64,000 nt of DNA from Octopus sinensis. Taxonomy: Eukaryota. The stretch is taken from NCBI RefSeq assembly GCF_006345805.1, contig NC_043012.1, forward strand, positions 22,320,001 through 22,384,000, given 5' to 3'. Under the pieces are notes generated by a model. The model was not told where the DNA came from. It made no database searches and worked only from the letters and a program-made list of their open reading frames with translations. Position numbers and translations under genes: made by a program. Positions 51,231-64,000 of this stretch are shown in pieces (the first letter of the stretch is position 1; each line of letters opens with the position of its first letter).

Positions 51231-51395
51231 AATAATAATGATAATAATAATAATAATAATAGCATCAAAAAATACCTTAGGAATGAGAACCCAGGTTTGA
51301 AATTTCTCAAAGACACCTGATGAAGGCTGGAGGGTATATCAGCTGAAACGTTGTGTTAACAACAAACGAGGACAAATATCTGTCAAATGTAAATA
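51231..51395 (+). mobile_element. Headless inverted copy of family D
   Basis: GACAC-CTGATGA-A-GGCTG..CAGCT-GAAAC-GTT-GTGTT at 51312-51357. Confidence 0.75.
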
Positions 51396-51510
51396 ATACA
51401 TTTTGTACATTAAAACTCAAGGTTTTAACTGTTTATTTGAATCATTGTCTCCATATCGTCTCACTTGGATTCCCCTTATAGTCACTCTTTACCCTGGTGA
51501 TTTAGTCCTT

Positions 51511-51892
51511 GGTCGCAATGGCCCAGTGGTTAGGGCAGCGTACTCACGGTCATAGGATCGCGGTTTCGATTCCCAGACCGGGCGTTGTGAGTGTTTATTG
51601 AGCAAAAACACCTAAACGCTCCACGAGGCTCCGGCAGGGGATGGTGGTGATCCCTGCTGTACTCTTTCACCACAACTTTCTCTCACTCTTACTTCCTGTT
51701 TCTGTCGTACCTGTATTTCAAGGGGCCGGCCTTGTCACTCTCTGTGTCACGCTGAATATCCCCGAGAACTACGTTAAGGGTGCACGTGTCTGTGGAGTGC
51801 TCGGCCACTTACACGTTAATTTCACGAGCAGGCTGTTCCGTTGATTCGGATCAACCGGAACCCTCATCGTCGTAACCGACGGAGTGCTTCCC
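51511..51892 (+). mobile_element. SINE family B, full length
   Basis: Very similar to 13631-14016; TSD AGTCCTTGGT at 51504-51513 and 51893-51902. Confidence 0.9.
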
Positions 51893-52009
51893 AGTCCTTG
51901 GTGAAGATATCAGCATGTAAGTTCAAATCATTTGAGCTCTACTAAGTGTATTCTATATTTAAATTCTTTCTATCTCATCTGTTAACTCTTTACATATATG
52001 TAAATATAT

Positions 52010-52725
52010 TTATACACGAGGCAATGACTAGTGACTGAGACCTTTGGCAATGTGCTCTGCTTAAGGGGACCCGTCAAGCCAAGTACACCCATGCTTGGTG
52101 GCACATAAAACAAAAGAAAAAATTCAACCTTTGAACATTGAACCTCATGGAGGCAAAGTGGCTGAGTTCCTTTCAAGTGTTGAGCCTCATGGAGGCAATG
52201 ACCAAGATCTTTGGCATTATGTTGTGATTGAGAAAAAGACTCAGCAAGCTGAGTAAAATTGCATTTGTGGAAGATACCTATTTCTGTACGACCCACAAGG
52301 GGCTAAACGCAGAGAGGACAAACAAGGACAGACAAACGGATTAAGTCGATTATATTGACCCCAGTGCATAACTGGTACTTATTTAATCGACCCCGAAAGG
52401 ATGAAAGGCAAAGTCGACCTCGGCGGAATTTGAACTCAGTATGTGAAGACAGACGAAATACCACTAAGCATTCCGTCCGGCGTGCTAACGATTCTGCCAG
52501 CTCGCCGCCTTCGTGGAAGATACCGGTGTCACACATATGGCACCTGTTCCACTAGCACATAAAAGTATCCATTACACTCTTGGAGTGGTTGGCATTAGGA
52601 AGGGCATCAAGCCATAGAAAACTATGCCAAATCAGACTGGAGCCTGGCGTAGACTTCCAGCTCAGTCAAACCATCCAATCCATGCCAGCATGGACAACGG
52701 ATGTTAAATGATGATGATGATGATA
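52010..52725 (+). mobile_element. RTE-clade 3' UTR interrupted by a SINE
   Basis: Same repeats as 42440-42680; (GAT)n tail. Confidence 0.7.
52279..52512 (-). mobile_element. SINE family C, full length, with Tx1-like tail
   Basis: GGCGGCGAGCTGGCAGAATCG head, GAGTTCAAATTCC B-box; 12-bp TSD GTGGAAGATACC at 52267-52278 and 52513-52524. Confidence 0.9.
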
Positions 52726-53032
52726 TATATATATAGTGCTTGATTCATTGGTTACATCAGGCTCACAATTATGAGGTAGTGAGTTCAATTCCCGGAGTGG
52801 GGTGTGGGCAGTGTTCTTGAGCAAGGCACTTTATTTCACTTTTGCCCAGACCTGTGCTTTAGAAAGGGAGCCTTCTAGGTGCCATCTCATGGTTATACAT
52901 GACTGAAAGGGGTCTTTACTCTCTATGCGTGTATTTTATATCTATCTATCTATAATTGTTAAAGAGGAGGACAAGCGTTAAGGCAAAGCAAACATCTCAA
53001 GTCGTTTACATTATTATTACTGGAAAAAATTC

Positions 53033-53089
53033 AGACTTACAGCTGTTTCTGAGATATCCCCAATTATGGGATATTCCATCATCAGAAAC
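53033..53089 (-). ncRNA. HHR-like motif, same type as 18136
   Basis: CTGATGA, 11-bp helix II with 1 mismatch, GAAACAGCTGTA; helix I weak. Confidence 0.45.
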
Positions 53090-53420
53090 AAATAGCTGTA
53101 AGACTTTGAAATTTTTTCCAATAATAATATTGTATACGACTTGAGATGTTGTCCTCTTTAACAATTATATATCTGCTGCATCAGAAATTTGTAATGCCCC
53201 CACAACTGCTGTTTCAGTTATAACCTTGGAGCCCTAATAATCTGTATTTAGATGAGTTCACCCCCGTACTTTATCTCTCTCTGTATATACATGAGAAGAG
53301 TTAAGGTAGAATTGCATGTAATGTTGGAATGTAATAAGTATATATATAGGTAATAAGTGCTCACGTTGACTTAACACCTAAAAGTCTAGCATGAAATGTG
53401 GCCAAAAGTGGTATTGTAGC

Positions 53421-53732
53421 CAATGGCGGACTGGCCAGGTTGCTAGCTTGCTCAATAGCAAGTGGGTCCCTGCACCATTAGAATCCATATATGGGGGCCC
53501 GTGTTAGTACCTAAGAGGCCAATTTTGAGAACTTTTTATTAACTCCTGGAAGAATGCATTAATTATTTCAACCAGGATATGTTTGTAAACAGTTGAAAAG
53601 AATACTTTTAACAAAAAAACAAAAAAAAAAAACAAATGATAGCATTGTAGTTGTGGATGGGCCCCTTTGTAGAAGCGGGTGGGCCCCCTTAGTCCCCTGG
53701 CAACCAATTTTCTTAGACCCAGTCCGTCACTG
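53421..53732. mobile_element. hAT-type MITE
   Basis: TIRs CAATGGCGGACTGG and CCAGTCCGTCACTG; 8-bp flanks differ only by transitions (4/8 identical). Confidence 0.65.
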
Positions 53733-54065
53733 GTCATAACTGCCAAGCAGCAAAGGAATGCTTATAAGTGGTTCATCATTGATGGGGAACATATACGACA
53801 GAAATAAAGAAAGAAAGAACAGAGAAACTATTGGTATCAGCTGAGAGCATGGGATTCCTATATTTAAACATAATTATGAAGCTGTTGCAATAGAGTTGTT
53901 AGAATAGGGTGCATCATAGAAATAAGAAAGTAAGAACATGTGGTGTAGACAGTCCCTTACAGCTGTTTCCAGAATAGACGCGCATACGGTGCATTTCTCA
54001 GGGGACGAAGTTAAGCTTTCCACATGTAAATATATGTATAAATGTGTTTGTGTATGAATATATGT

Positions 54066-54067
<2 letters not shown>

Positions 54068-54104
<37 letters not shown>

Positions 54105-54760
54105 GTTTAGCGTCCGTTTTCCATGCAGGCATGGGTTGGACGGTTCAACTGGGGTCTGTGAAGCCAGAAGGCTTCATCAGGCCCAGTCAGATCTGGCAGT
54201 GTTTCTACGGGTGGATGCCCTTCCTAACGCCAACCACTCCGTGAGTGTAGTGGGTGCTTTTTACGTGATGTTAATATTTCTATTTCTATACAAGTACATA
54301 TATGCAAAATCTTGTTGTGTCTTGGGAGGGTAATTACACCAGAAATAATATACAAACAAACACACTCATGCATGTGTCTGGGTGTGTGTGTATATCATCA
54401 TCATCATCGTTTAACATCCGTTTTCCATGCTAGCATGGGTTGGACAGTTCGACTGGCATCTGAGAAGCCAGGAGGCTGCACCAGACTCCAATCTGATCTG
54501 GCAGTGTTTCTACAGCTGGATGCCCTTCCTAATGCCAACCACTCCGTGAGTGTAGTGGGTGCATTTTATGTGCCACCAGGTCAGATGCCAAGGGAGGCTG
54601 GCAATGGCCATGATCGGTTAGGTGCCTTTTACGTGCCACTGGCACAGAAGCCAGTCAAGGCGGCACTGGTCACGTTTGGATGGTGCTTTTTATGTGCCAG
54701 TGGCACGGATCACAACTACAATTTCCATTCAATTTTTATTTTGATGTTGATGTACTTGAC
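54068..54760 (-). mobile_element. Two RTE-clade 3' ends (54068-54268, 54392-54760)
   Basis: First is nearly identical to the terminus at 47386. Confidence 0.8.
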
Positions 54761-54774
54761 TCAAGTGTGTATTT

Positions 54775-54977
54775 TTTTTTTTTTACTTGTTTCAATCATT
54801 TGACTGCGGCCATGCTGGAGCATCGCCTTTAGTCGAGCAAATCGACCCCGGGACTTATTCTTTGTAAGCCCAGTACTTATTATATCGGTCTCTTTTGCCG
54901 AACCGCTAAGTGACGGGTACGTAAACACACCAGCATCGGTTGTCAAGCAGTGCTAGGGGTCAAACACAGACACACAA

Positions 54978-55008
<31 letters not shown>

Positions 55009-55173
55009 CATAAGTACGACAGGCTTCTTTCAGTTTCCGTCTACCAAATCCACTCACAAGGCATTGGTCAGCCCGGGGCTATAGCAGAAGACACTTGCCC
55101 AAGATGCCATGCAGTGGGACTGAACCCGGAACCATGTGACTGGTTAGCAAGCTACTTACCACACAGCCACTCC
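54775..55173 (-). mobile_element. SINE family A
   Basis: Full reverse-strand copy. Confidence 0.85.
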
Positions 55174-55914
55174 CATTGTTGTAATGTTCACTTTTCCATG
55201 CTTGCATGGATCAGATGGAATTTATTGAACCAGATTTTCTATGAACAGATACCATGATGTTGCCAACTCTCGCCTGTTTCCAACAAAGGTATTGTTTCTC
55301 CATTACCTGGAATTAAACGACACTGCTTGTCTGACAGTGATACTCATTTACAGCGACCATGTGATGTTACAACATAGAACCACAAAAACACATATAATGT
55401 ATATATATGTGTGTGTGTGTATTAACGTTTGTTTTTATGTTGTAATAAAAACAATTTTTACATTAAACTGAAAGATTACTCAATACTTCTTGTAGAGTAT
55501 ATATTTATGATTCTTTATCAAAAGTAAATATATATATATATATGTGTGTATATATATACATATGTATGTACAGTGACTGAAGGTTTGGCCAACTAAGTCA
55601 TCATTGGACTGTATCTATGTGGTGTGTGTGTGTGTGTGTGTGTGTGTACATAAATATGCGTATATACATCCATATTCATGTACACGTATATTCACATAAA
55701 TAAATACACACACTCACACATGTTTACAAATATATGAATGTATAAAATGTAAATGAAATACTGATATATACATACATATGTGTGATATATATTATATATA
55801 TATATAGATATATATATTATATATATAATATATATATATATTATACATAATACATTATATAATATATATGCATATATATAATATATATATATATATACAT
55901 ATATATACATATAT

Positions 55915-55945
<31 letters not shown>

Positions 55946-55953
55946 TAATATAT

Positions 55954-57384
55954 AAATACAATAATGAATGTGTGAAAGTTAAATGTAATTCCCAATTGTT
56001 GATTAAGATTGAACTCACAGAGTGAGGACTGATGATACTTAATGCTGAAAATGGAAATATTTGAATTTTTAAATATTTATTTTAATTATATTTATTCCTA
56101 TTAATAATCAATGATGTTTTCATTTTCTAAAATTTCAACAACAATTTTCACTAATTAGGCTCTGAGATAATAAAAAAAAAATTAATAAATATATAAATTA
56201 AATAGCAAATAAATAAAAACAGAAATGGAAGAAAAATTGTAGAAAAATATTAAATTTATTACATAATTGATTAATTATTATTAGTGTAGTTACATCTGTT
56301 CTTGTTGTTGTTGTTGTTGTCTGGAGAGAAAGAGAATTTCCATTGTACATATCTTGTTTTTCAAGTCTCATGATTACTTAACCAGATCGGGGGTTCAAAT
56401 CTGTATACTTCCGCATATCTTGCTGTCGCCATTATTCCTTTGTTGTGAAGGTGCATGGCTTAGTGGTTAGGGTGATTTACTCACGATTGAAAGGCCATGA
56501 GTTCAATTCCCAGCAGCACATTGTGTCCTTGAGCAAGACACTTTATTTCACGTTGCTCCAGTCCACTCAGCTGGCAAAAAATGAGTTGTACCTGTATTTC
56601 AAAGGATCAGCTTTGTCACACGCTGTGTGTCATGCCGAATCTCCCTGAGAACTACGTTAAGTGCACACGTGTCAGTGGAGTGCTCAACCACATGAAGATA
56701 ATTCCACAAGCAAGCTGTTCTGTGGATTAGATCAACTGGAACCCTTGTCTTAAGTGATAGAGTGCCAGTCCCAGTTATGGCTGGGTGATTTTTGGCTTCC
56801 TTTTCCCTCCAGGGGTCATTTCTGATTAAGTAAATGTACGAATAAAGGTTTTTTGTTGATGGCCATCATATCTTTATCTTTTACTTGTTTCAATCATTGG
56901 AATGTGGCCATGTTGGAACACTTTGTAGGGTTTTACTTGACCAGGTTGGCCAAAATACTTATTTTTTAAGTCTGGCACTTGTTCTGCCATTCTTTTTTGC
57001 TGAACTGTGAAATAATTACGGGGCCATAAACAAACTGACACTAGTTGTCAAGTGATGAGGGGTCAAAGGCTGACACAAGGATACACAAACACATGCATAT
57101 ATATATATATATATTATTATATATATATATATACACATATATATACATATTAATATATACACATACATATATACACATATATACATATATATAGACGTAT
57201 ATGTAAACACACATATATAAATACATATATATATACATGCAACACATATATAAACATACATGCATATATATATACACATACATGTATATTACATCTTATA
57301 TATAAGCATACATATATATACATACATACATATATACATATATATACATATTATACTATATATATAATATATATATATATATAC

Positions 57385-57445
<61 letters not shown>

Positions 57446-58584
57446 CAATAATGAATGTGTGAAAGTTAAATGTAATTCCCATTGTTGATTAAGATTGAAC
57501 TCACAGAGTGAGGACTGATGATACTTAATGCTGAAAATGGAAATCATTTGAATTTTTTAATATTTATTTTAATTATATTTATTCCTATTAATAATCAATG
57601 ATTTTTCATTTTCTAAAATTTCAACAACAATTTTCACTAATTAGGCCTCTGAGATAATAAAAAAAAAATTAATAATATATAAATTAAATAGCAAATAAAT
57701 AAAAACAGAATGGAAGAAAATTGTAGAAAAATATTAAATTTATTACATAATTGATTAATTATTATTAGTGTAGTTACATCTGTTCTTGTTGTTTTTGTTG
57801 TTGTTGTCTGGAGAGAAAGAGAATTTCCATTGTACATATCTTTTTTTTTCAAGTCTCATGATTCCTTAAACCAGATCGGGGGTTCAAATCTGTATACTTC
57901 TTCCGCATATCTTGCGTCGCATTATTCCTTTGTTGTGAAGGTGCATGGCTTAGTGGTTAGGGTGATTTACTCACGATTGAAAGGCCATGAGTTCAATCCC
58001 AGCAGCACATTGTGTCCTTGAGCAGACACTTTATTTCACGTTGCTCCAGTCCACTCAGCTGGCAAAAAATGAGTTGTACCTGTATTTCAAAGGATCAGCT
58101 TTGTCACACGCTTGTGTTCATGCCGAATCTCCCGAGAACTACGTTAAGTGCACACGTGTCAGTGGAGTGCTCAACCACATGAAGAGAATTCCACAAGCAA
58201 GCTGTTCTGTGGATTGATCAACTGGAACCCTTGTCTTAAGTGATAGAGTGCCAGTCCCAGTTATGGCTGGGTGATTTTTGGCTTCCTTTTCCCTCCAGGG
58301 GTCATTTCTGATTAAGTAAATGTACGAATAAAGGTTTTTTGTTGTGGCCATCATATCTTTATCTTTTACTTGTTTCAATCATTGGAATGTGGCCATGTTG
58401 GAACACTTTGTAGGGTTTTACTTGACCAGGTTGGCGCAAAATACTTATTTTTTAAGTCTGGCACTTGTTCTGCCATTCTTTTTTTTGCTGAACTGTGAAA
58501 TAATTACGGGGCCATAAACAAACTGACACTAGTTGTCAAGTGATGAGGGGTCAAAGGCTGACACAAGGATACACAAACACATGC

Positions 58585-58616
<32 letters not shown>

Positions 58617-58815
58617 ATATACACATTATATAAACATATTAATATATACACATATATACCACATAATATACATATATAGACGTATATGTAAACACACATA
58701 TATAATACATATATATATACATGCAACACATATATAAACATACATGCATATATATATACACATACATGTATATATACATACTTATATATAAGCATACATA
58801 TATATACATACATAC

Positions 58816-58830
<15 letters not shown>
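55954..58830. repeat. ~1487-bp tandem duplication (possible assembly artefact)
   Basis: Units start at 55954 and 57441; differences are mostly 1-bp indels. Confidence 0.85.
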
Positions 58831-58855
<25 letters not shown>

Positions 58856-59351
58856 ACATACATATACATATATTCATACACATACATACATATATATATA
58901 AATATATACACATGTATATATGTATATATATACATAAGTATATATACATATATATATATATATATGTATGCATATATATGTATGTATATATGTATGTGTG
59001 TATATATATGTATATATATATATATGTATATATATATGTATGTATATATATATGTATGTATATATATATATGTATGTATATATGTATATATGTATGTATA
59101 TATATATATATATGTATGTATATATGTAAATGTATATATATGTATGTATATGTGTATATGTATGTATGTATATATATGTATATATATATATGTGTATATA
59201 TATATATGTATATATATATGTATATATATGTATATACACATACATATATATTTATACATATATATATACATATACATATATATATATGTAGTGTGAACGG
59301 TGAAAAGAGTACAACAGAAAAAGGGAGAATGGAAATGTAATTGGGTCTTAC

Positions 59352-59510
59352 CTCGTCGGAGATGAACTTGGATCGCTTTTAGCCAACTCGCTCGTCTGGT
59401 CCCTTCGTCGTGTCTCCCGCAACTGGTCAATGCCACACGTGCGTTCTGCCTGTCACTTCCGCTTCCTCCGGCGCATGCGCCCTGCAAGCCCTGCAAGCCC
59501 CACTTCCGCT
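59352..59510 (-). promoter_or_regulatory. Candidate CpG-rich promoter and first exon
   Basis: CACTTCCGC at 59454 and 59501, GGCGCATGCGCC at 59470-59481, CACGTG at 59436; donor GAG|GTAAGA at 59352/59351. Confidence 0.4.
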
Positions 59511-59571
59511 CTCCCCCATCCGTCACACTCTTTCACCACACACCACAATATATATACATATATATACATAC

Positions 59572-59610
<39 letters not shown>

Positions 59611-59849
59611 CATAATATACATACATATAATACATATATATATATATACATATATATATACATATATATATCTACATATATATCTATATATATCTACATA
59701 TATATATATAATTATATATATATATATATATATTGTTGTATTTAGGAATGGTCATTTTGCCAGTTTAGCCAATAAAAACACACTCGCTATATATTTAGTG
59801 TTACTTTGCTTCAGCTTTATATATTTTTTACATTAATCTTAATCTTATT

Positions 59850-60680
59850 TCGGCCAGAGTTCTTTCATCACACTTCTGTGACCTCATTAGTGGTCCGTTG
59901 CTTTCTTCTTTTTCATTTGTGTGTCTCTCCTTACTAACGGTCAGCTATTTTGTATACCTATTGCATGTGTCTTCATTTGCGTGAGCGTATACCTCTGTGT
60001 GTCTATGTTTAGTTAGTGTGTGTGTTTGTGGAAGAAGTGTCTGTAATATTTGTATCTCCTGTTTATACACGTTCGTGTAATCTGTTTGTTTTTGTTTATC
60101 TGGCTTATGTGTTTACACCTACTTATTATTATTATTATTATTATTGTTTTAATGTATATAGTTACTTACTTCCATTTGTTTATTTATCTGTGTATTTTAT
60201 GTTTTTAGTTTTGTTTATATTGTTACCAGTTTATGGGGATCTTCTTCTGTCATATGCTGTGGTGTCTGATAGTGTTCCATTCCAGTTTCCTATTCAGGCT
60301 AGGTTTATATTCTATAATGTGTGTAGCTTCCGTAATTTGTCTGATTGTTGCGTCTGTTCAATGTGTGGACAAGATTTAACTTCTATGTTGTGAGTGAGCC
60401 CTCATGTTCCTGCTCGGCGTGTTGGTACGGAACCGATGAGCTCTTTTCTTCCTTAAGTTCTCTCCATTATTCATTTACCCGGTGTCCTATGCTCCGTGCC
60501 CTTTCCCCTATGTATGTTGTTGTCTGGTTACTGCATTGTCTCCTCTATACATCTTATACTATAGACTACATTTCTGGCTTTACAGTTTGTTTGTGGGCTA
60601 AATCTACACAAAGTACAGTTCCTATACGTACAGGGGGTTCCACTAAAAGGGTAGGTTCTACCGATTAGGGATTTGATAGG
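59850..60680 (-). mobile_element. Penelope-like element 3' fragment (GIY-YIG remnant plus degenerate pLTR)
   Basis: NCKARNVVYSIRC (frameshift) QCSNQTTTYIGERARSIGHRVNE; CTAATGAGGTC..GGCCGAAA near 59850-59890. Confidence 0.7.
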
Positions 60681-60682
60681 TT

Positions 60683-60684
<2 letters not shown>

Positions 60685-60740
<56 letters not shown>

Positions 60741-60811
60741 GACATATATATGCATACACATATATTATACATACATATATACATACACATATATAATATA
60801 TACATATATAT

Positions 60812-60850
<39 letters not shown>

Positions 60851-61118
60851 CATACATATGTATATATATAAACATATATATATGTATATATATATATGGA
60901 TAATATATATAGATATACATATACATATGTATATATATGTGTATATACATACATATATATGTGTATAATATTGTATATATACATATGTATATAAGATGTG
61001 TATATATACGTACATATAGACAATATATATGTGTATATATACATACATATATACAATATATATACACATACATATATATATATATATGTACATACATATG
61101 TATATATATGCACATATA

Positions 61119-61165
<47 letters not shown>

Positions 61166-61726
61166 GATATATACATATACATATATATATATATGTGTAT
61201 ATATACATATATATATACAATAATATACATATACATACACATACTATATTTATATATACATATACGTATGTATATATATACATATATATCCATACATATA
61301 CACATATATATAATCATATATATATACATATATGTGTATATATACATATATACGTGTTTATATACCTATACATATATATATAATATATATATTATGTATA
61401 TATATATATATATACGTACATATATATATACATATATATACGTATATATATATACATATATATATACATACGTATATATATATACATATATATCTATATA
61501 TATATATACATATATTAATACATATATATATTTATACATATATATATATATTAACACATACATATATACATATTTATACATATATATATACATACACATA
61601 CATATATATACATTCATACATATATATATATATACATACATAGATACATATATATACATACATATATACATAGATACGTACATACATAGATATATACATA
61701 TATATACATACACATACATACATAAG

Positions 61727-61757
<31 letters not shown>

Positions 61758-61910
61758 CATATGTATATATATATATACATACATACATATGTATATATAT
61801 ATATATATATAATACATGCATACATATGTATATATATATATATATATACATGCATACATATGTATATATATATACATACATACATACATATGTATATATA
61901 TATATATATA
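60685..61910. repeat. (TA)n/(TACA)n microsatellite field
   Basis: Direct reading. Confidence 0.95.
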
Positions 61911-62600
61911 AAATGCAGACGGCTAGCTGGATGGATTCTCTGAACTTTCAGAACAAGAGAGAAGGAGACACTGATGGTCCTATGGAAAACATTCGTCCTC
62001 AGCCGCTTGGACTACAGCTCCCATCTGTGGTCACCACACAATATAAAACTAACAGCAGAACTCGAAGCAATTCAGAGAAGCTACACAAAGAAAATCGTCT
62101 CAATGCAAATTATCAGCTACTGGGAAAGACTGAAGGTATTAAACCTCTTCTCCCTAGAGTGGAGGCAGGAGAGATATGCGGTGATATACATCTGGAAAAT
62201 CCTGGAGGGTCTTGTCCCAAACTTTGGCATTCAAAGTTACCCCAACCGCAGAACGGGGCGCCACTGCATGGTGCCTAGGATTCCAACATCACCATCAAAA
62301 TACAGGTCCAGATACTGCAACAGCTTGGGTTTCAGAGGACCACAGCTCTTTAACATCCTCCCTAAATGCCTAAGAGACTTACATGGTGTGGATGTGGGTT
62401 TCTTTAAAACTAAACTGGATCTCTTCTTGTTGGGAGTCCCAGATGAACCTACCTCACGACAGGAGACGGGGATGCGGGCAGCAGCATCGAACTCCCTTGT
62501 TGATCAAGTGCCACATATCAGAGGTGGGTTCACAAATTAGTGTAGCTCATTCAGCGGTGGTGCCCCAGCATGGCCGCGGCCTTAGTGTTAAAACATTTTT
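61911..62600 (+). mobile_element. 5'-truncated CR1-clade LINE
   Basis: [57 protein letters not shown]. Confidence 0.85.
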
Positions 62601-62714
62601 AAGGATTGAAGGATTTATATACATAGATATATATACATAAATATGTATATATATATATATATATAATATATATATATATTATATATATACATACATACAT
62701 ACATACTTACATAA

Positions 62715-62758
<44 letters not shown>

Positions 62759-62795
62759 GTATATATTATATATATATATACATATGTATATATAT

Positions 62796-63300
62796 AAACA
62801 TGTAATATATACATATGTATATATATATATATAAACATGTAATATATACATATGTATATATATAAACATGTAATATATACATATGTATATATATATAAAC
62901 ATGTAATATATACATATGTATATATATAAACATGTAATATATATATATATATGTATGTATATATATACATACATATGTATGTATATATATATACATACAT
63001 ACATACATACGTATGTATATATATACATACATACATATATGTATATATTACATGTTTATATATATACATATGTATATATTACATGTTTATATATATACAT
63101 ATGTATATATTACATGTTTATATATATACATATGTATATATTACATGTTTATATATATACATATGTATATATTACATGTTTATATATATATATATATACA
63201 TATGTATATATACATATATATATGTATATATACATATACACATATGCATATATACATATATGTTTATATATATACATATGTATATATTACATGTTTATAT
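62796..63300. repeat. Inverted pair of ~31-bp AT-rich minisatellite arrays
   Basis: 5 x AAACATGTAATATATACATATGTA.. facing 5-6 reverse-complement units. Confidence 0.8.
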
Positions 63301-63744
63301 ATATATATATATACATATGTATATATATGTATATATACATATATATATATGTATATATACATATACACATATGCATATATACATATACACATATGCATAT
63401 ATACATATATATATACACATATGCATATATACATACATATGTACACATATATATATATATACATACATATACATACATACATATATATACATACACATAC
63501 ATACATATATATATATACATACACATACTTATATATATATATATACACACATACATACATATACATACATACATATATATACATACACATACATATATAT
63601 ATATATACACACAATATATATTTATATACATATACATATGTATATATATCTATATTTATATACATGCATATATATATATACACATATATATATACATATG
63701 TATATACATACATACATGTCAATATATACATATACATACATACA

Positions 63745-63895
63745 ATGGGCATCTTCCAGTATCCCTCTACCAAATCCACTCACAAATCCTTGGTTGGCCT
63801 GGGGCTATAGAAGAAGACATTTGCCCAAGGTGCCACACAGTGGGACTGAACTTGAAACTATATGGTTGCAGTACAAACTTCTCAACTACAAAAGC
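63745..63895 (-). mobile_element. SINE family A head and body
   Basis: CTACCAAATCCACTCACAA..GGGACTGAAC. Confidence 0.7.
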
Positions 63896-64000
63896 CTACA
63901 CACATGTGTGTGTATGTGTGTGTATATATATATATGTATGTATATATATATATATATATATAGTGTGTGTGAGTGTATGTAGGTAAATACACACACACAC

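Overview
Gene-poor, repeat-saturated animal DNA; the SINE/LINE repertoire and (TA)n load point to an Octopus-type cephalopod (inference). No intact protein-coding gene is supported. The ORF track reflects retroelement remnants (Tx1/L1, RTE, R4/Dong-like, CR1, Penelope GIY-YIG), a decayed hAT transposase, and spurious ORFs in simple repeats. Main observations: (1) a tRNA-headed SINE with a hammerhead-ribozyme (HHR) tail, inserted as an inverted pair within one 14-bp TSD (50919-51395), plus about a dozen other HHR-like motifs, including an A6U core-variant family and one with a very long helix II; (2) SINE-LINE tail sharing inside the window: 26/26 nt between the Tx1 3' UTR and one SINE, and a CR1 tail matching another SINE; (3) a Helitron complex (3467-8240) carrying a 22-bp satellite of NRF1/Ewg-type palindromes that folds back at one palindrome; (4) R4/Dong-like fragments clustered in (TAA)n; (5) a candidate ETS/NRF1/E-box promoter-exon and a candidate internal exon on the minus strand. 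Coordinates were read by eye (repeat edges +/-10-20 bp). Family names come from motif recognition, not database searches.
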